NCBI GenBank assembly: GCA_025354385.1 | Contig: JANXMZ010000061.1 | Location: 12,440 to 76,439, forward strand | Length of the DNA: 64,000 nt | Direction of reading: 5' to 3' | DNA from: Bacteroidota bacterium | GTDB lineage: Bacteria; Bacteroidota; Bacteroidia; NS11-12g; UBA955 | Shown: in pieces, positions 27,937 through 38,270 of the stretch | Numbering within the stretch: position 1 is the first letter of the stretch | Layout of the letters: every line of letters begins with the position of its first letter | Program-made: the position numbers and the translations under genes | The notes under the pieces: model-generated | Seen by the model: only the letters and a program-made list of their open reading frames with translations | What the model was told of the DNA's origin: nothing | Database searches by the model: none

Positions 27937-28896
27937 ATGAAATATAAAATAGCCATAATAAGTGCAGCAATATTTGCACTCGCAGCTTGTAATAATCAAA
28001 CCCCAAAAGAAACTGTTACCAATGCTGAAGCGCCTGTTGAGCATAGCGGCGAACATGTCTTTGCTTGCCCAATGCACCCCGAGGTGACCGGCAAGGAAGG
28101 CGATAAATGCCCTAAATGCGGGATGGCATTAGTTCATAATGACAATGCAGGTAAAGGAAATGGTAATACCTACAAAATGAATTTTTCAAGTTTTCCTGCT
28201 GTTATTGAAAGTGGTAAACAAACAATTATTTCATTAACACCAAAAATTGTTGGTAAAGAAAATGAACAAGTTCCTTTAGATTTGGAACATGAACGAAAAA
28301 TCCATTTCATAATGGTGAGCAATGATTTAAGTTGGTTCGACCACCAACATCCTGAATATACAGCAGCCGGAAGCTATGATTTACCTTACACCTTTAAAAA
28401 TGGGGGCAGCTATATTTTATTTGCCGACTATAAGCCCACAGGAGGTGAACACAATTTAGAAAAAATTAATGTGGAGGTAAAGGGCAAGGAAATTGCAACT
28501 AAAACCTATACCCAATCGCAACTAACATCTAAGGTGGATGGTTTTGAAGTAACACTATCGCCGGAAGAGGGCAATAAGTTTGAAAGTGGTACTGCGCAGC
28601 ACATCAAGGGAGTGATTACCAAAGGCGGCAAGCCCGTAGACCCTAATACACTGGAAAATTACCTTGGGGCAAAAGCCCATATGGTGATAATAGGCATAGA
28701 AGACAAGAACTACCTGCATGTGCATCCCGGAGTAGAAAATGGCAAATTTGATTTGCACACCACATTTGAAAAACCCGGTATTTACAGAGGCTGGATTCAA
28801 TTCCAGTCGGAGGGAAAAGTACACACTGCTGATTTTGTTATTAAGGTGGAGCAAGGCAATGGCAAAACAGAAGCCCACGATATGAAAGGCATGTAA
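27937..28896 (+). CDS. Heavy-metal-binding lipoprotein
   Basis: LAAC lipobox; CPMHPE...CPKCGM; HERKIH, HQHP, YLGAKAH, HVHP. Confidence 0.88.
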   Translation: MKYKIAIISAAIFALAACNNQTPKETVTNAEAPVEHSGEHVFACPMHPEVTGKEGDKCPKCGMALVHNDNAGKGNGNTYKMNFSSFPAVIESGKQTIISLTPKIVGKENEQVPLDLEHERKIHFIMVSNDLSWFDHQHPEYTAAGSYDLPYTFKNGGSYILFADYKPTGGEHNLEKINVEVKGKEIATKTYTQSQLTSKVDGFEVTLSPEEGNKFESGTAQHIKGVITKGGKPVDPNTLENYLGAKAHMVIIGIEDKNYLHVHPGVENGKFDLHTTFEKPGIYRGWIQFQSEGKVHTADFVIKVEQGNGKTEAHDMKGM

Positions 28897-28912
28897 TACC
28901 TCGAAAATTAAA

Positions 28913-29335
28913 ATGTTAAAACTTCAGCCATACTCTTCATCCTTACTTGCATTAGGCGGGTTTGTGCTTATGGCAATGGGTATGTATTTCGTCTTTCTCC
29001 GGCCACCATTATTGCCTGAAGACCTTCACTACATGGATACAACAATTCAAAATGTAAAGGAGGATATTCCCGGTCTCATGCATTGGCTTCAAAAAGTTTT
29101 TTGGGTTATGGGAGCTTATATTTTTACCACTGGGTTGCTGACAGTTTTTATTTCACTTACATCATTCAGGACCCGCGAAAGAGGAACATTTGGTATTGTA
29201 TTGATTTCCGGAATCAGTTCTATTGGATTGATGACCGCTGTAAATTTTATAATCGCTTCAGATTTCAGGTGGGTATTGTTGCTTTTTAACCTGCCTTGGA
29301 CGATTGCATTGATCCTTTACCGTATTCACAAATAA
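28913..29335 (+). CDS. Hypothetical membrane protein
   Basis: About four hydrophobic segments, RPPLLPED motif, within the operon. Confidence 0.75.
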   Translation: MLKLQPYSSSLLALGGFVLMAMGMYFVFLRPPLLPEDLHYMDTTIQNVKEDIPGLMHWLQKVFWVMGAYIFTTGLLTVFISLTSFRTRERGTFGIVLISGISSIGLMTAVNFIIASDFRWVLLLFNLPWTIALILYRIHK

Positions 29336-29344
29336 AAATCTGTA

Positions 29345-31405
29345 ATGGAACATCAGCATCAATCGGGAACACCTGAAAAAACAGCTTCAATGGATTATTC
29401 TAAAATGGACCATGGAAAAATGCAGCAAGGAACTAACCCCTCCATGGGCATGGAAGGCCATAACCACCATGCAATGATGATTGCTGATTTTAAAAGGCGG
29501 TTTTATATCATTTCAGCCCTTACAGTTCCTATTATGCTACTGTCAGTAATGATTCAACAATTTATAGGGATTAACTGGCAGTTTGAAGGTTCACAATATC
29601 TCCTTTTTGCATTGTCATCAATCGTGTTTTTTTATGGAGGCCGGCCTTTTTTAAAAGGGTTGGTTAGGGAAGTAAAAACAAAGAATCCGGGGATGATGTT
29701 TTTGATTGGTTTTGCCATAACGGTGGCTTATGCATATAGTGTCGCCATTGTTTTTGGCTTACAGGGTATGGATTTCTTCTGGGAACTGGCAACCCTTATC
29801 CTCATTATGTTGCTGGGGCATTGGATTGAAATGAAATCAGTTGCAGGGGCATCAAAAGAACTGGAGTTATTGGTGCAGCTGATGCCATCTGATGCCCACA
29901 TGGTGATGTCTAATATGATCCATGATGTAAAGACCGATACACTAATGGAGAAGGATGTAATTCTTGTTAAACCGGGTGAGAAAGTGGCTGCCGATGGTAT
30001 AATATTGGAAGGTGAAAGTTACCTGAATGAATCCATGTTGACAGGCGAATCCAAACCTGTACAAAAAGTAAAAGGGGATAAAATAATAGCAGGGTCAATC
30101 AATGGCAATGGCTCTATTAAAGTTACTGTATCACATGCGGCAAAAGATTCTTATCTCTCGCAGGTAATAAAGTTGGTGGATGATGCACAAAGATCCAAGT
30201 CACAAACACAGCTCCTGGCCGATAAGGCTGCGAAATGGTTAACTGTAATTGCAATTTTTGCAGGTATTGCAACATTTACGTTTTGGTATTTTACGGGGCA
30301 ATCCCTGGCCTTTGCCATGGAAAGAATGGTAACGGTAATTGTTATTTGCTGTCCACATGCATTAGGTTTAGCCGTACCCCTTGTAGTCGCAAAATCAACA
30401 GCCTTGTCTGCACAAAATGGCTTGCTGATAAAAAACAGGACTGCGTTTGAAAACTCAAGGAAAATCACCACAATCGTATTTGATAAAACTGGAACACTTA
30501 CGATGGGGAAATTTGAAGTATCAAAAATTGTCTCATTTCAAAACGGACTGGCCGAAACTGAATTAATTCGCATGGCAGCTGCGCTGGAACAAAAATCAGA
30601 ACATCCCATTGCAACCGGTATCCTCCAAAAAGTAAAACATTTGTCCCTTGTAATCCCATCAGCTGAAAATTTCAATGCCATTACAGGTAAGGGTGTTGAA
30701 GCAAGGGTTGAAGGTAAAAAGGTATTGGTAGTAAGTCCCGGGTATTTAAAAGAAAATGACATTGCTGTTCTGGAAGGATTTACTTCCAATGATACAGAAA
30801 CGGTTGTATTTGTACTAATCAATAATGAATTGGCCGGATACATTACCTTGTCAGATATGATAAGGCCTGAATCAGCAATAGCCGTTAAAACTCTAAAAGA
30901 AAATAATATCAAATCAATATTACTTACAGGCGATAACAATAAAGTTGCAAAAAGCGTAAGTGAAACGCTTGGTATGGATAGTTTTTTTGCTGAAGTATTA
31001 CCACATGAAAAATTAGAAAAAATAAAAGAGTTGCAGGGCAAAGGAGAATTTGTTGCCATGACCGGTGATGGTGTAAATGATGCACCTGCTCTTGCCCAGG
31101 CCGATATCGGCATTGCAGTTGGAAGCGGAAGCGATATTGCTGCTGAAACAGCAGGGATTGTTTTAGTTAACAGCAATCCGGAAGATATAGTTAGCCTTAT
31201 ATTATTTGGAAAGGCTACCTATAGGAAAATGATTCAAAACTTAATATGGGCAACCGGGTATAATATAGTTGCACTGCCATTAGCCGCAGGGGTTTTATAC
31301 AGGCAGGGGATTTTATTAAGTCCTGCCGCAGGGGCGGTCCTTATGACTGTAAGCACCATAGTTGTTGCTATTAATGCAGGTATGTTAAAAGTAAACAACA
31401 AGTAA
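29345..31405 (+). CDS. copB: Copper-translocating P1B-type ATPase (CopB-type, CPH motif)
   Basis: His/Met-rich N-terminus, TGES, CCPHALGLA, DKTGTLT, SEHP, GDGVNDAPAL, YN and MxxS TM motifs. Confidence 0.92.
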   Translation: MEHQHQSGTPEKTASMDYSKMDHGKMQQGTNPSMGMEGHNHHAMMIADFKRRFYIISALTVPIMLLSVMIQQFIGINWQFEGSQYLLFALSSIVFFYGGRPFLKGLVREVKTKNPGMMFLIGFAITVAYAYSVAIVFGLQGMDFFWELATLILIMLLGHWIEMKSVAGASKELELLVQLMPSDAHMVMSNMIHDVKTDTLMEKDVILVKPGEKVAADGIILEGESYLNESMLTGESKPVQKVKGDKIIAGSINGNGSIKVTVSHAAKDSYLSQVIKLVDDAQRSKSQTQLLADKAAKWLTVIAIFAGIATFTFWYFTGQSLAFAMERMVTVIVICCPHALGLAVPLVVAKSTALSAQNGLLIKNRTAFENSRKITTIVFDKTGTLTMGKFEVSKIVSFQNGLAETELIRMAAALEQKSEHPIATGILQKVKHLSLVIPSAENFNAITGKGVEARVEGKKVLVVSPGYLKENDIAVLEGFTSNDTETVVFVLINNELAGYITLSDMIRPESAIAVKTLKENNIKSILLTGDNNKVAKSVSETLGMDSFFAEVLPHEKLEKIKELQGKGEFVAMTGDGVNDAPALAQADIGIAVGSGSDIAAETAGIVLVNSNPEDIVSLILFGKATYRKMIQNLIWATGYNIVALPLAAGVLYRQGILLSPAAGAVLMTVSTIVVAINAGMLKVNNK

Positions 31406-34400
31406 ATGCTCAATAAATTTATTCAATTCTCCCTTCGAAATCGTTTATTTGTGGTAGTGTTTGCCTTCATGATTCTAATTTATGGGGGCTATACATTTAT
31501 TCATTTGCCTGTTGATGTATTGCCGGATCTGAACAGGCCGCAGGTCACTATTTTTTTAGAGGCCAATGGCATGGCACCGGAAGAAATAGAAACACAGGTG
31601 GCCTTGCCTGTGGAAGTGGCATTGAATGGGGCACCCGGGGTAGAAAGGGTGCGGAGTGCATCTTCTATTGGCATAGGGATGGTGTTTGTTGAGTTCGATT
31701 GGAATACGGATGTATATAGGGCGAGGCAACTGGTGAGTGAAAAATTGCAAACTGTTCAATTGCCTAAAGGGATTACCCCTGTAATGGGTCCTATTAGCAG
31801 TATAATGGGCCAAATAATGATGGTAGGTATTAGCAGTGATACCACCCCTGATGCAGAACTGAGGACATTGGCAGATTTCACCATTCGCAGGCGCCTGATG
31901 AGCATTAAAGGCATTTCGCAGGTCATCCCTATTGGAGGACAAAGGAAGCAATACCAGGTGCTCATTTCTTCTTCAAAACTCAAACAGTATAATCTTTCGG
32001 TGAATGATATTGACAATGCCTTGCAACTAACTAACCAAAATACAACGGGTGGTTTCCTTAATCAATTCGGCAGTGAGGTATTAATAAGGAATATTGCCAG
32101 GGCCAATAACCTTGAAGATTTAAAGAATACTGTAGTAGCCAATACGGATGGTTTACCCGTTTTACTGAGCGATGTGGCCGAAGTTAAATTCGGGGGGGCT
32201 GTAAAAAGGGGCGACGCCAGTATTAATGGCAAACCTGCTGTTATATTAACTGTAGAAAAGCAACCAGGAGCATCTACCGTAGAGTTAACCAATGAAGTAG
32301 AAAAGGCAGTGGCAGAATTGCAACTTTCATTACCTAAGGATATTAAACTTAATCCTAAAATATTTCAACAAAAAAACTTCATTACTAACTCCCTTACCAA
32401 TGTAGAAAATGCATTAAGGGATGGTTTTATTTTAGTGGTTATTGTGCTCATTATATTTCTGGCAAATGGTAAAACTACCATCATCACGCTTACAGCCATC
32501 CCACTTTCTTTGGTTATTTCAGCACTTATTTTTAAAGCATTTGGTATTTCTATCAATACATTGACCCTTGGCGGTTTAGCTATAGCAATTGGCGAACTGG
32601 TGGATGATGCCATAGTGGATGTTGAAAATGTTCACAGGCGATTAAGTGAAAACAGGATAGCAGGTTATCCAAAACCAACCCGGCAAGTTATTTTTGAAGC
32701 AAGCAGCGAGGTAAGGAATTCTATTGTATATGCAACTGTCATTGTTATCCTTGTGTTTTTACCGTTATTCTATTTGCAAGGAATAGAAGGTAAAATATTT
32801 GCACCACTGGGCATAGCCTATATTACTTCAATCTCAGCCTCATTGATCGTATCACTATCTGTTACCCCGGCTCTTTGCAGTTATTTACTGGGTGCAGAAA
32901 AAGCCAATCAGTCTATTACCTTCTGGCAAAAAATAAAAGGCATTTTTAGTAAAAAAATAGGAACTGGCGCAATTGTAAAAAAAGTTGAAACTGAAGGGCA
33001 TGACACCAGGTTTGTAAAATGGCTAAAAGCAAAAGACACCAAACTTTTAAATTGGTCTTTAAACCATACTAAGCCAATTCTTGTTACCGCAGTTGTTTTA
33101 ATAATTTCATCGGTAAGCATTGTTCCCTTCTTTGGAACAGAGTTTTTGCCTCCATTCAATGAAGGATCCTTCACTATCAATTTATCTACACCACCAGGGA
33201 CATCTATTGAAGAAAGCAACAAAATTGGAACTATGGCAGAAAAATTGTTGATGAGGGTGCCTGAAGTGGAATATGTAAGCCGCAGGACAGGGCGGGCGGA
33301 ATTAGACGAGCATGTGGAACCTGTTAGCAATTCTGAAATAGAAGTTGAGTTGAAACAGGACATCAAAAGAACCCGCGATGAAATACTGGCAGATATACGA
33401 AAAGAACTGACCATTTTACAAGGTGTAAATGTAAATATAGGCCAACCTATTTCCCATCGGCTGGACCACCTGCTTTCAGGTGTCAGGGCCCAGGTTGCCG
33501 TTAAGATATTTGGCAGCGACCTGGCAGATTTACGAATGAAAGCGGCAAGTGCCAATGCCATGATAAAAACAATTCCGGGTGTTGTAGATGCCCAGATTGA
33601 AAGGCAGGTATTGGTGCCGCAATTGCAAATAAAGGTTAACCGAGAGGCATTGAAGCGATATGGATTGCAAGCCGGAAAAGTAGCCGAAGACCTGGAAATA
33701 TTTTACAATGGAAAAGTTGAAGGTCAGATCATAGAAGGTCAGAAATATTTTGATATCCTGCTGCGAACAACAGATGAAAGTAGAAGTAATATTGAAAATA
33801 TCCGCAATACCTTAATCAATGGCCATAATGGCACTTTAATTCCATTGCAGCAAATTGCAACCATCGAAATCACCCCTTCCCAAAACAGCATCTATCATGA
33901 AAATACCCAGCGAAGGATTGTTATCAGTTGCAATGTACAAGGAAGGGATCTGGGAAGTACTGTAAAGGAAATACAATCGAAACTCAACAAGGATTTAAAA
34001 TTACAACCAGGATACTATATTACTTATGGCGGGCAGTTTGAAAGCCAGCAATCGGCTTCTAAGCTTATCCTGTTTTTAAGCATTTTTTCATTAACAGGTA
34101 TATTCATTGTGTTGTTTTCGCACTTCCGTTCATCCAGGATCGTATTGCAGATAATGCTGAATATCCCTTTAGCATTGATTGGAAGTGTAATCGCAGTAAT
34201 GCTTACAGGTGGCACCTTTTCAATTGCCACCTTGGTAGGTTTTATCACCCTTACCGGTATAGCCTCAAGGAACGGTATCATGATGTTATCGCATTATATC
34301 CATTTAATTGAGCACGAGGGGGAGAAATTCAGCAGGGAAATGATTATCCGGGGTTCATTGGAGAGGCTGGTTCCTGTGGTAATGACAGCCCTGGTGGCGG

Positions 34401-34585
34401 CATTGGCATTAATCCCGCTTACCCTGGATGCGCAGGCACCGGGTAAAGAGATTTTATATCCTGTTGCAACTGTTATTTTAGGGGGATTGATCAGTTCAAC
34501 CTTGCTGGATATAATTGTTACCCCGGTAGTTTTTTACATATTTGGTGAAAAGGCATTGCTTAAATATTTTAAAGAAAAGGAATAA
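31406..34585 (+). CDS. CusA/CzcA-family heavy-metal RND efflux permease
   Basis: LPVDVLPD, GELVDDAIVDVEN, GTEFLPPFNEG, RLVPVVMTA; 1059 aa. Confidence 0.95.
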   Translation: MLNKFIQFSLRNRLFVVVFAFMILIYGGYTFIHLPVDVLPDLNRPQVTIFLEANGMAPEEIETQVALPVEVALNGAPGVERVRSASSIGIGMVFVEFDWNTDVYRARQLVSEKLQTVQLPKGITPVMGPISSIMGQIMMVGISSDTTPDAELRTLADFTIRRRLMSIKGISQVIPIGGQRKQYQVLISSSKLKQYNLSVNDIDNALQLTNQNTTGGFLNQFGSEVLIRNIARANNLEDLKNTVVANTDGLPVLLSDVAEVKFGGAVKRGDASINGKPAVILTVEKQPGASTVELTNEVEKAVAELQLSLPKDIKLNPKIFQQKNFITNSLTNVENALRDGFILVVIVLIIFLANGKTTIITLTAIPLSLVISALIFKAFGISINTLTLGGLAIAIGELVDDAIVDVENVHRRLSENRIAGYPKPTRQVIFEASSEVRNSIVYATVIVILVFLPLFYLQGIEGKIFAPLGIAYITSISASLIVSLSVTPALCSYLLGAEKANQSITFWQKIKGIFSKKIGTGAIVKKVETEGHDTRFVKWLKAKDTKLLNWSLNHTKPILVTAVVLIISSVSIVPFFGTEFLPPFNEGSFTINLSTPPGTSIEESNKIGTMAEKLLMRVPEVEYVSRRTGRAELDEHVEPVSNSEIEVELKQDIKRTRDEILADIRKELTILQGVNVNIGQPISHRLDHLLSGVRAQVAVKIFGSDLADLRMKAASANAMIKTIPGVVDAQIERQVLVPQLQIKVNREALKRYGLQAGKVAEDLEIFYNGKVEGQIIEGQKYFDILLRTTDESRSNIENIRNTLINGHNGTLIPLQQIATIEITPSQNSIYHENTQRRIVISCNVQGRDLGSTVKEIQSKLNKDLKLQPGYYITYGGQFESQQSASKLILFLSIFSLTGIFIVLFSHFRSSRIVLQIMLNIPLALIGSVIAVMLTGGTFSIATLVGFITLTGIASRNGIMMLSHYIHLIEHEGEKFSREMIIRGSLERLVPVVMTALVAALALIPLTLDAQAPGKEILYPVATVILGGLISSTLLDIIVTPVVFYIFGEKALLKYFKEKE

Positions 34586-34690
34586 TCCCGGAGATAATCA
34601 TAAATTTAGAATTGTATGACCTTGAAGGAATGCCTTCTGTGAAAAGGTATCAACTACGAGCCTAATGTGAATGATGTAATATTATACCTC

Positions 34691-34730
34691 AATTGTACAA
34701 CACAATGGGATTTTTAATGATTCACCTTTG
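34691..34730 (+). promoter_or_regulatory. Candidate activator box plus -7 element upstream of the Csp gene
   Basis: AATTGTACAACA-N20-CACCTTTG; a canonical TAGCTTTG also occurs at 34802. Confidence 0.5.
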
Positions 34731-34849
34731 CTTAGATATCAGAGTAATTGAAATCAGACACGCCCATGACCTTTGTCAGTTTGCGAGAATAAAAATAAAA
34801 TTAGCTTTGTATCGTTAAATAATTATTCAAAATTTAAAATCAAAAAAAA

Positions 34850-35176
34850 ATGACAGATTCAAAATCCTGTATTGACGCTTGTTTAGCGTGTGTGACAACC
34901 TGCGAAAGTTGTATCACCGATTGTATTAGCCATGGCCATCAACAATGTATTTCATTGTGTCGCGATTGTGCCGACATCTGTGCATTATGTGCCAGGTTCG
35001 AGGCAAGGGGTTCCCAGTTTGCTACAGACCTTCACATTTTATGTGCTAAAATTTGTAAAGCATGCGCAGAAGAGTGCGAAAAACACGCTGCCCATCATGC
35101 AAGTTGTAAAGCATGTGCTGAAGCCTGCAAAAAATGCGCAGAAATATGTGCGCAACACGCCCGCGCAAAGGCGTAA
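34850..35176 (+). CDS. Four-helix-bundle copper storage protein (Csp3/DUF326-like)
   Basis: 108 aa with 20 Cys in CxxxC/CxxC spacing; no signal peptide. Confidence 0.93.
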   Translation: MTDSKSCIDACLACVTTCESCITDCISHGHQQCISLCRDCADICALCARFEARGSQFATDLHILCAKICKACAEECEKHAAHHASCKACAEACKKCAEICAQHARAKA

Positions 35177-35190
35177 ATTTATTTTATCAG

Positions 35191-35219
35191 TAAAGGGAAC
35201 ATTGTTCCCTTTATTTTTT
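35191..35219 (+). terminator. Intrinsic terminator after the Csp gene
   Basis: TAAAGGGAACA-T-TGTTCCCTTTA followed by TTTTTT. Confidence 0.65.
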
Positions 35220-35239
35220 AATCTTTTATCCTCACACAT

Positions 35240-35704
35240 TTGAACTGGTCCGATTTACATATCTGGAAACAATGCTACACTACCACGTTTATTTGCCTTA
35301 TTGGTTGTTCAATTGGCAATATGGGGCTGGCTTATTACCTTGTCAGTTATCATTGGATTTTTGTTTTATTGGTTTCCCTTTTTGCAGGGTTCATTACTTC
35401 CATGGCATTTATGATTATTTGGGATATATTATTTAGAAAAATGAATTTTAAAGATTCTTTTAAAAGCAGCTATAAAATGAGTCTTGTTTCAATGCTGATT
35501 ATGATGTTGGCAGAAAATATTATCCTTTTATATATTGCGCCTCAGTTTTTATCACACCAAATGAATGGCACCGGAATCCATCAGATGGATACCCATGCAA
35601 CACAAACATTTAATATTATGCTCATTGCTATGACCTCGGGGTTTCTACTTTCGCTGCCGTATAATTATTATCAATTACAAAAAACAGGAAAATTGTGTCA
35701 TTAA
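35240..35704 (+). CDS. DUF4396-like membrane protein
   Basis: CLIGCSIG, MSLVSMLIMMLAEN, GFLLSLPYNYYQL...GKLCH. Confidence 0.8.
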   Translation: MNWSDLHIWKQCYTTTFICLIGCSIGNMGLAYYLVSYHWIFVLLVSLFAGFITSMAFMIIWDILFRKMNFKDSFKSSYKMSLVSMLIMMLAENIILLYIAPQFLSHQMNGTGIHQMDTHATQTFNIMLIAMTSGFLLSLPYNYYQLQKTGKLCH

Positions 35705-36306
35705 TAATCAAACTGGATATTATCATATTTACGGCTTTACTATTTTATTTCACACAGGTAATTTCTGCGAATACCTTTTCTTTCAGCAGAGATTCCCTGA
35801 AACGTATCAAATTCAAATCAAAAAGTATCATCATAAAAAATATTGCACCTGAAAAAGTGTTTGCGTATATGGACAGTATTGGGAATACAGGGGCACATAT
35901 GACGAAAAGGTCCATGGCTATGATGGGAAGTAAATTAAAACTAACACAGCTTTCTGAAAATGCAGTTGGATTGAACTCGAAATATGTATGGAAAGGGAGA
36001 ACAATGGGTTTTAAAATGGATTTTACTGTTTTAACAACCAAATGGGAAAAGGGTAAAGAAAAGGTATGGGAAACTATAGGGCCGGCTAAAATGATTATTC
36101 TTGAATGGTATCAAATGCAACTTTTAATAAGCGGGGAAGGTGTTAATACCAAGGCAGATCTGAGCATTAAATATACCAAACCCAGGAAATTTTTTTACCG
36201 TGGAGTTGGTTTTCTTTTAGCCAAACCATATGCCAAATGGTGCTTGAAGAAAATGTTGAATGATACAAAAAAACATTTTGAGGAAAAACCTTCTCCCCAG
36301 ATATAA
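35695..36306 (+). CDS. SRPBCC-family protein
   Basis: APEKVFAYMD...GAHMTKRSMAMMGS, KVWETIG, YAKWCLKKML. Confidence 0.75.
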   Translation: MSLIIKLDIIIFTALLFYFTQVISANTFSFSRDSLKRIKFKSKSIIIKNIAPEKVFAYMDSIGNTGAHMTKRSMAMMGSKLKLTQLSENAVGLNSKYVWKGRTMGFKMDFTVLTTKWEKGKEKVWETIGPAKMIILEWYQMQLLISGEGVNTKADLSIKYTKPRKFFYRGVGFLLAKPYAKWCLKKMLNDTKKHFEEKPSPQI

Positions 36307-36336
36307 CTTATAAAACAAAGGTATTGCAAATTAAAA

Positions 36337-37194
36337 ATGAGTACAAAATTTCTTTTTATAATATTTTCAATGAGCATAGAGTAGTATTCCCAAAATACAA
36401 ACTACACCATTCCTAAAATCGACCATATTTTGATTGCAGTGAATAACCTTGACAGTGCCATAATAGAATATGAGAGATACGGATTTACAGTCGTTTATGG
36501 AGGTGCTGCCAAGAAAGCCTTTAACGCATTGATATTTCTCAGGGATGGAACTGCTATTGAATTAATTGGCAAAGACAGGCTGCCTTACCCTTACACATTT
36601 CTTAACAAATTACGCATAACAAACCTGTTTGGCATGATGAAAGACCGGATTGCAGCTTTCAGGAATATCCCTCCCGGTTTATTTAACTATTGCCTTTATA
36701 CAGAAAATCTCAACTCAACCTATAAATATTTAAAACAGCTTGATTTAAGGGTGGCCAAACCAGTCTCATTTTCCCGCCTGAGAGACGATATGGTGAAGAT
36801 TAAATGGGAATTGATAGGCACTTATCCTTATGACCTGCCATTCTTTATAGGAGCTTATACACCTGCCCGTTTAAGTGATGCCACATCTGCCTTGCATAAG
36901 AATAAGGCAATAGCAATTGATAGTATCATAATCGCAACAAATTCATTTGATAAATATTATCAGACTTACAATATTATTTATAACCAAATCCCTATTGTTC
37001 AAATGAATAATAACAAAAGATTCTCGATCTATAAACTGGGAAGTCAATTTGTTGTTTTGCAGGAAGCAACTGAGATTCATTCGTTTTTTACAAAAAAAGA
37101 CCAGTCATATCCTGTTAGGTTTTCTATAAAATGTGAGAGGGATTCATGTATTAAAACTGACAGGTTGAATAACTTCATTATGCTTACACCTTAG
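36337..37194 (+). pseudogene. VOC/Glyoxalase_3-like gene with an in-frame TAG in its N-terminal signal region
   Basis: ATG at 36337 is in frame with ORF 36430; TAG at 36382-36384; the IDH motif lies upstream of the called TTG; family motifs NALIFLRDGTAIELI and LPFFI. Confidence 0.65.
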
Positions 37195-37368
37195 AATGAA
37201 AAAAAGAGTATCAGGTCAACCCTAGTAATTATCTCAATAAGCGTAAAAAACCACCATAAAAAGACAAATAACTTATAAATTATTGTTGCTATTTTTGATT
37301 ATTTTTGAATAAGTTTAAATTTAATCCTATACATCATAGGGTATATTTATTCATTTTATTGCAATTCA

Positions 37369-38238
37369 ATGACCATAAAAAAAATAATCCTATTTTTGTC
37401 GCTTTTTCCAACCGGCTTAATATTCGGGCAAATCAGGAATGGGGATTTTGAAACATGGGATACTACTTATACAGGCCCCTGGTCTTCCTATCTGGATTCA
37501 GATTTTTCTGTGCCCGATCCAAAGGCTGGAGTTGTGAATGGCTGGACTTTTGATTTTAGATATGGTGTCAGCAGGACTACGGATAGGCATTCAGGCAATT
37601 ATTCGTTGATTTTGCATAATATTTATCAATATGTCCGGCAAACAATTAATTACAAGGATACGATAAGTGTCCGGCCACAATTTTTACAAGGGTATTATAA
37701 ATATATTACCAATTCAATTAAACCTTCACATGGAACTATAACCATAACATTGACGAGATTTAATGGGTTAAAAAGTGACACAGTAGGAAATGGAAAATTC
37801 TCATTTGATTCCTCAAATTATTTTAAACCCTTTGAGTTACCTCTTAATTACAATTCATCTTTATATCCGGACAGCATCCATATATTCATTAAAAATGCAG
37901 ATGAGGATTGCCCTGACCAAACAATGGTTTGCAATTTACTTGATCTGGATGCACTAACACTTACTAATTCTTCTTTGGGTCTGGGAGATTTAAAACCGTT
38001 AGAGGCGAGGATAATTGTTTATCCGAATCCCACAACAAACGAATTTAATATTCAGAATAACTTGTCTCAAACGGTTCAATTTAACCTTTACAATTCTTTA
38101 GGGGAAATGATTACCAGCAAATCTCTCCAAACTAGTACATGTAACATCAATTTAACTGACTACCCAAAGGGAATTTATTTTTACCAAATCACCTCTGTTA
38201 AAGCAATTATTAAAACTGGAATGCTATTAAAACAGTAA
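37369..38238 (+). CDS. T9SS CTD protein (PCMD-like, related to the 13173 gene)
   Basis: IRNGDFETW, LQGYYKY, CTD VYPNP...GIYFYQI. Confidence 0.82.
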   Translation: MTIKKIILFLSLFPTGLIFGQIRNGDFETWDTTYTGPWSSYLDSDFSVPDPKAGVVNGWTFDFRYGVSRTTDRHSGNYSLILHNIYQYVRQTINYKDTISVRPQFLQGYYKYITNSIKPSHGTITITLTRFNGLKSDTVGNGKFSFDSSNYFKPFELPLNYNSSLYPDSIHIFIKNADEDCPDQTMVCNLLDLDALTLTNSSLGLGDLKPLEARIIVYPNPTTNEFNIQNNLSQTVQFNLYNSLGEMITSKSLQTSTCNINLTDYPKGIYFYQITSVKAIIKTGMLLKQ

Positions 38239-38270
38239 ACTTTTTGCCCTCCCATTTAAACAAATATATT

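Noticed and set aside
30538-33561. Long antisense ORFs (30538..31176, 32908..33561) and similar short opposite-strand ORFs throughout
   Set aside because: Shadow frames of well-supported genes, with no motifs of their own.
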